A stretch of 63,373 bases of DNA, filler included, from Licmophora abbreviata (Eukaryota): assembly GCA_900291995.1 (NCBI GenBank). It is 11 parts of 11 records of this genome, joined end to end, with 100 filler letters (N's around TTAATTAATTAA, not from the genome) between each part and the next. Parts side by side here need not be neighbours in the genome. Positions count along the whole stretch, not along the records: positions 58,780 to 60,507 come from OLMU01005413.1; positions 60,608 to 63,373 come from OLMU01005415.1; 9 more parts are not named here. One strand, given 5' to 3'. Below the pieces are notes generated by a model, which was given only the letters and a program-made list of their open reading frames with translations, ran no database searches and was not told where the DNA came from. Of this stretch, positions 60,138-63,373 are shown piece by piece; the first letter of the stretch is position 1; the number at the start of each line of letters is the position of its first letter. The translations under genes were made by a program, and so were the position numbers.

Positions 60138-60507
60138 ATGACAATGGTCGTGAGCCAGAGCAAGACCCAAACGGACGAGGAGCAAGTCGCCCGGGTAGTC
60201 CTGCCTGGGCTATCTCCAGCAAGTGATGGTAGCGCCAGCTATTCCTCGACTTCCGAGCTTCAAGATGCCCAGATCAAGTCTACGAGACAAGGAAACCCCT
60301 TGGTGACGCCGGCAAAGACGATGGCCGTATCGTATATTCAGTCCTGTGACAAGCCAACAACACAAAATTCCACCTTCCAGAGGCACTCGTCTCTTCGCAG
60401 GATATCTTCCATCGGCTCGCCTACATACTCGCCCAGAAGAGCGCAGAAGAAAAAGGTTGCCTTTGGAGACCTTGAAATGAGAAAGTATCCCATAGTACTG
60501 GGTGATC
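60138..60507 (+). CDS. Diatom-type hypothetical protein, 3'-truncated by gap (KKVAF...RKYPIVLGD motif)
   Basis: Ser-rich disordered N-terminus followed by KKKVAFGDLEMRKYPIVLGD, which resembles the V.F..V.IR.Y...LGD[NH]P motif I recall from many diatom proteins. Confidence 0.65.
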
Positions 60508-60607
60508 NNNNNNNNNNNNNNNNNNNNNNNNNNNNNNNNNNNNNNNNNNNNTTAATTAATTAANNNNNNNNNNNNNNNNNNNNNNNNNNNNNNNNNNNNN
60601 NNNNNNN
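60508..60607. other. Scaffold gap spacer (true gap probably much larger; flanks appear to be different genes)
   Basis: N44-TTAATTAATTAA-N44. Confidence 0.97.
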
Positions 60608-60608
60608 A

Positions 60609-62842
60609 TTGGAATCGGAAGAAGTTTACTCGATGTATGAAGAGCTGGAGGATGAAAATGTGTTCGTAACTGAAGCGGTTATGATGGCACGATCCATGGT
60701 CGCCTCCTACCGCAGCCAGATGCTATTGGAGGAGAACGTGATGAAAGAGATCGGGTGCGTTCTGTCATATTTGTACTTGCATGAGGAAAGCATCCCACTT
60801 AACAGCTCCACTAAGATTGCTGGTTGGATCAAGATTTTGGATCGGAGACCTCTACTGGAAGCACGTCGTTGGAAGCGTACATTTGATCAATTCGAAAGCA
60901 ATCATCATCCGATTGATCCAGCGATCGTCCCTTCACCAGAACCCCTGTTTGAAGAGTGTGCCGTCGAATCGATGCAGGATGCATCGCCAAAGAAAAGAGT
61001 AGGATTTGCCGATAGTACGGTTGATGAAGCGCTGGAGGGGTTTCTTGACGAAAGCGTTTCTTCTTCTGGCGAAGTGTCTCCTACCCTCCTGCTCGTTGTA
61101 GGGAAACAAGGCTCAGGAAAGTCTTTTTTATGCGACGGCATCGAAAAGAGAATGAAAGAAGCCCAAATGTTTGGTGATAATACATTAGGTGAGAGCTGAA
61201 CGCCCACAGGTAGAGGTTTGTTTACTCCTTGTACCATTTTCTCGTTGCTCAGAGTTCGACATTCCATTATTTTCATCAACAATGAACAGTGATTCGTCCG
61301 ACACTGCCGCTGGATACTCTGGGGACTACAGTTGGCGATACCGAGGAGTCTTTGATATCGCTGATAATAGCGGCATGTAAAGAACGGAAATCCATCTTGA
61401 TACTTGACAACTTGGAGCATATTATCGGCGAGGGTTATAGCGGACAGTCAATTTCGAGTAGCGGTGCTTCGTCTGCGATGGACGTGCCCGAGCCCCACGT
61501 CCTCGCACGATCACGGGCTACCCTTCTCTCATTGTTGGATGCATTGACGAACTCTACGTATCCGCCACATCCTGGGGCTTCTCGCCTCCTCGTTATTATC
61601 ACCACTAGTACGCCTTCACATAATCCATTGCATCGCGTCGACCGAATTATTTTCCTTCGACCGCCTGACGACGGCGAACGAAGAGCCATCATCGAAGAAT
61701 GTTTTGAAATCGATGTTGCGCACAAAAGTGACCAGGAGGACCTTGAAGACACTGTCGATCTTCTGACACGGATTACTGTGGGAAAATCGAGGGCAGACGT
61801 CGCGCAATGCTGCCAAAAAGCCATCACGTCAAGCACCTATGGCACCGTCGCCGCGGGTAACTGCGTGAGTGCTAAAATGGCCGCAAAGACTGGAGCGTTG
61901 GTAGCCATGAAATCCCATCTCGAAAATGTTGAGCCTGAGTCGCTAAGATCTGGAGCTATCTCTGACTTCGTCGATATGACTGTCTTGACTGCCAGCGAAC
62001 TGCTTCACGGGGGCGCTGGTGTACCTGACTTTCCCCTGTTCGGAGAAGAAGCAGCACATGCTCGGAAATCGATCGAATCCTTGATCGTATTCCCCCTCTG
62101 TCATTCAAACGCTCTGGATAACATTCTGTTCACTGATTCAACAACGGACCAAAAGGTGATGTGCGGTGGAGTGCTCCTTACCGGCGGCCCGGGATGCGGC
62201 AAAACGGAGCTTGCTTACCATTGCGCCCGAATGACGTCCAGCGCCCTCCCGTCTGTAATACTTATCGATGTGGTGTGCACGTCGCTGGTTCACAAGGAGC
62301 TGGGCAGCTCCGAACGAGCACTGCAACGCTTATTCGAGAGTGCCCGGGCTGCAGCTCCTTGTATTCTCTTGATGGATGGTATTGAGAGTATAGGTGCAAC
62401 CCGTGGTCACGACAATACAACCGAAGGGACGATGGACCGTGTACTATCGACGCTACTAACCGAATTGGATGGTGCGAGCTCATCTTTTTCTCGAGGCCAA
62501 TTGATGGGCAACAAAGCGTATAGAGGAAAGATAGCTATCATCGGGATTACGCAAGATGAGAAATGGATCGATCCTGCGCTGCGGCGGCCCGGTCGATTCG
62601 AGAAAGTAATAAGGTTGAACAAACCAAACTGGGATGTGCGCAACAAGATCGCAAGGAGAGAGTTATTGGCGACAGGAACGCCATTTGTATCGAGAGACAA
62701 AGCCCTGTCGTCTCTGGTTCCTGCAGTTGTAAATGGAACTGACGGGATGTCAGGGGCTGACGTTGTTGCCTCTTGTCAGGACGCCCGAATGGCACGCTTT
62801 CGGAACGAAGTAAGGAACGATCGTGACGTTGCTCTAGCGTAG
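60609..62842 (+). CDS. Cdc48/AFG2-like double AAA+ ATPase, 5'-partial (intron 61189-61289)
   Basis: D1: GKQGSGKS, ILILDNLE. D2: GVLLTGGPGCGKT, APCILLMDGIE, DRVLSTLLTELDG, IDPALRRPGRFE, GMSGAD. Confidence 0.85.
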
Positions 62843-63373
62843 TTTGGTCGCAATGAAGAGCTAGGAAGACGACGCAATCCATGACGCGGGTGGCTTTGAC
62901 ATCACAAAGAAGCGTTATCAACAGGTAGAAGTTATATGCTCGACGTACAGTCATAGCGACAGCATAGCGGCCTTGATGCCCCCGGGACTGCCAATTGCGA
63001 AGGTAAAATGTGCAAATACGTCGGGATTGACGACGGGGCGAACGACGGAGATGGTTTGTGGAGACCGATGGACTTGAACAGTGGGGTGTATGATATGGAC
63101 GAAGCACCTGCAAAACCTTTCGTTCCAGTCGATCTCCCAATATCCTGCTTATCGTCGAATGGTTTCCCTCTTTTGGCGATCTTGGCCTGTAGCTACTTCT
63201 TGAATTCTAAAACGGTGGAATGCAAAGCAATCGCATGGACAGGACATATCGTGTATGATGTGTCGATCCCAACTGACAAACGATGCTATCGTTTCTTCTT
63301 TTCCACTCTTTTTGCTGCTTGCTACTGTTGGATCGATACCTGTCAATTCAAAGGATCGAAGAAGGGTCCTCAG

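Noticed and set aside
62843..63373. Open frames at the window end
   Set aside because: No recognisable homology or consistent splice model, so no gene could be assigned.

Overview
This is eukaryotic nuclear DNA, almost certainly from a diatom or related stramenopile alga. It is gene-dense with short (~70-110 nt) GT-AG introns, several bipartite signal+F/W plastid presequences, a signal-peptide-bearing proteasome alpha paralogue and a diatom-type 'KKVAF..RKYPIVLGD' protein. Ten identical 100-nt spacers (N44-TTAATTAATTAA-N44) are scaffold gaps; several genes (SLC43-like, E2F, DHX16, ABCE1, villin-headpiece protein) run across them. About 29 protein-coding loci are present, mostly housekeeping: APE/ExoIII, two MFS transporters, HMG-box, MATE, SMP-30, E2F, multicopper oxidase, SIRT4-like, ADCK1, VPS51, KH-WW, PABP, OTU-SEC-C, DHX16, ZnT9, TPI, HisRS, soluble adenylyl cyclase-like, ABCE1 and a Cdc48-like AAA+. 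I found no operon-like or multi-gene novel system. The best leads are: (1) an unannotated box C/D snoRNA in the unusually long last intron of ABCE1, with a 12-nt guide against a conserved LSU rRNA segment; (2) an intronless phage/giant-virus-type NPPY amino-methyltransferase with a basic NLS-like tail; (3) a short non-coding element with perfect 27-bp terminal inverted repeats and internal TTAGGG motifs in a divergent promoter; (4) recurrent GAGTC arrays upstream of genes; (5) a probably GPI-anchored multicopper oxidase with Ser at the type-1 Cu axial position. Exon boundaries were read by eye and family assignments come from remembered motifs, not database searches.
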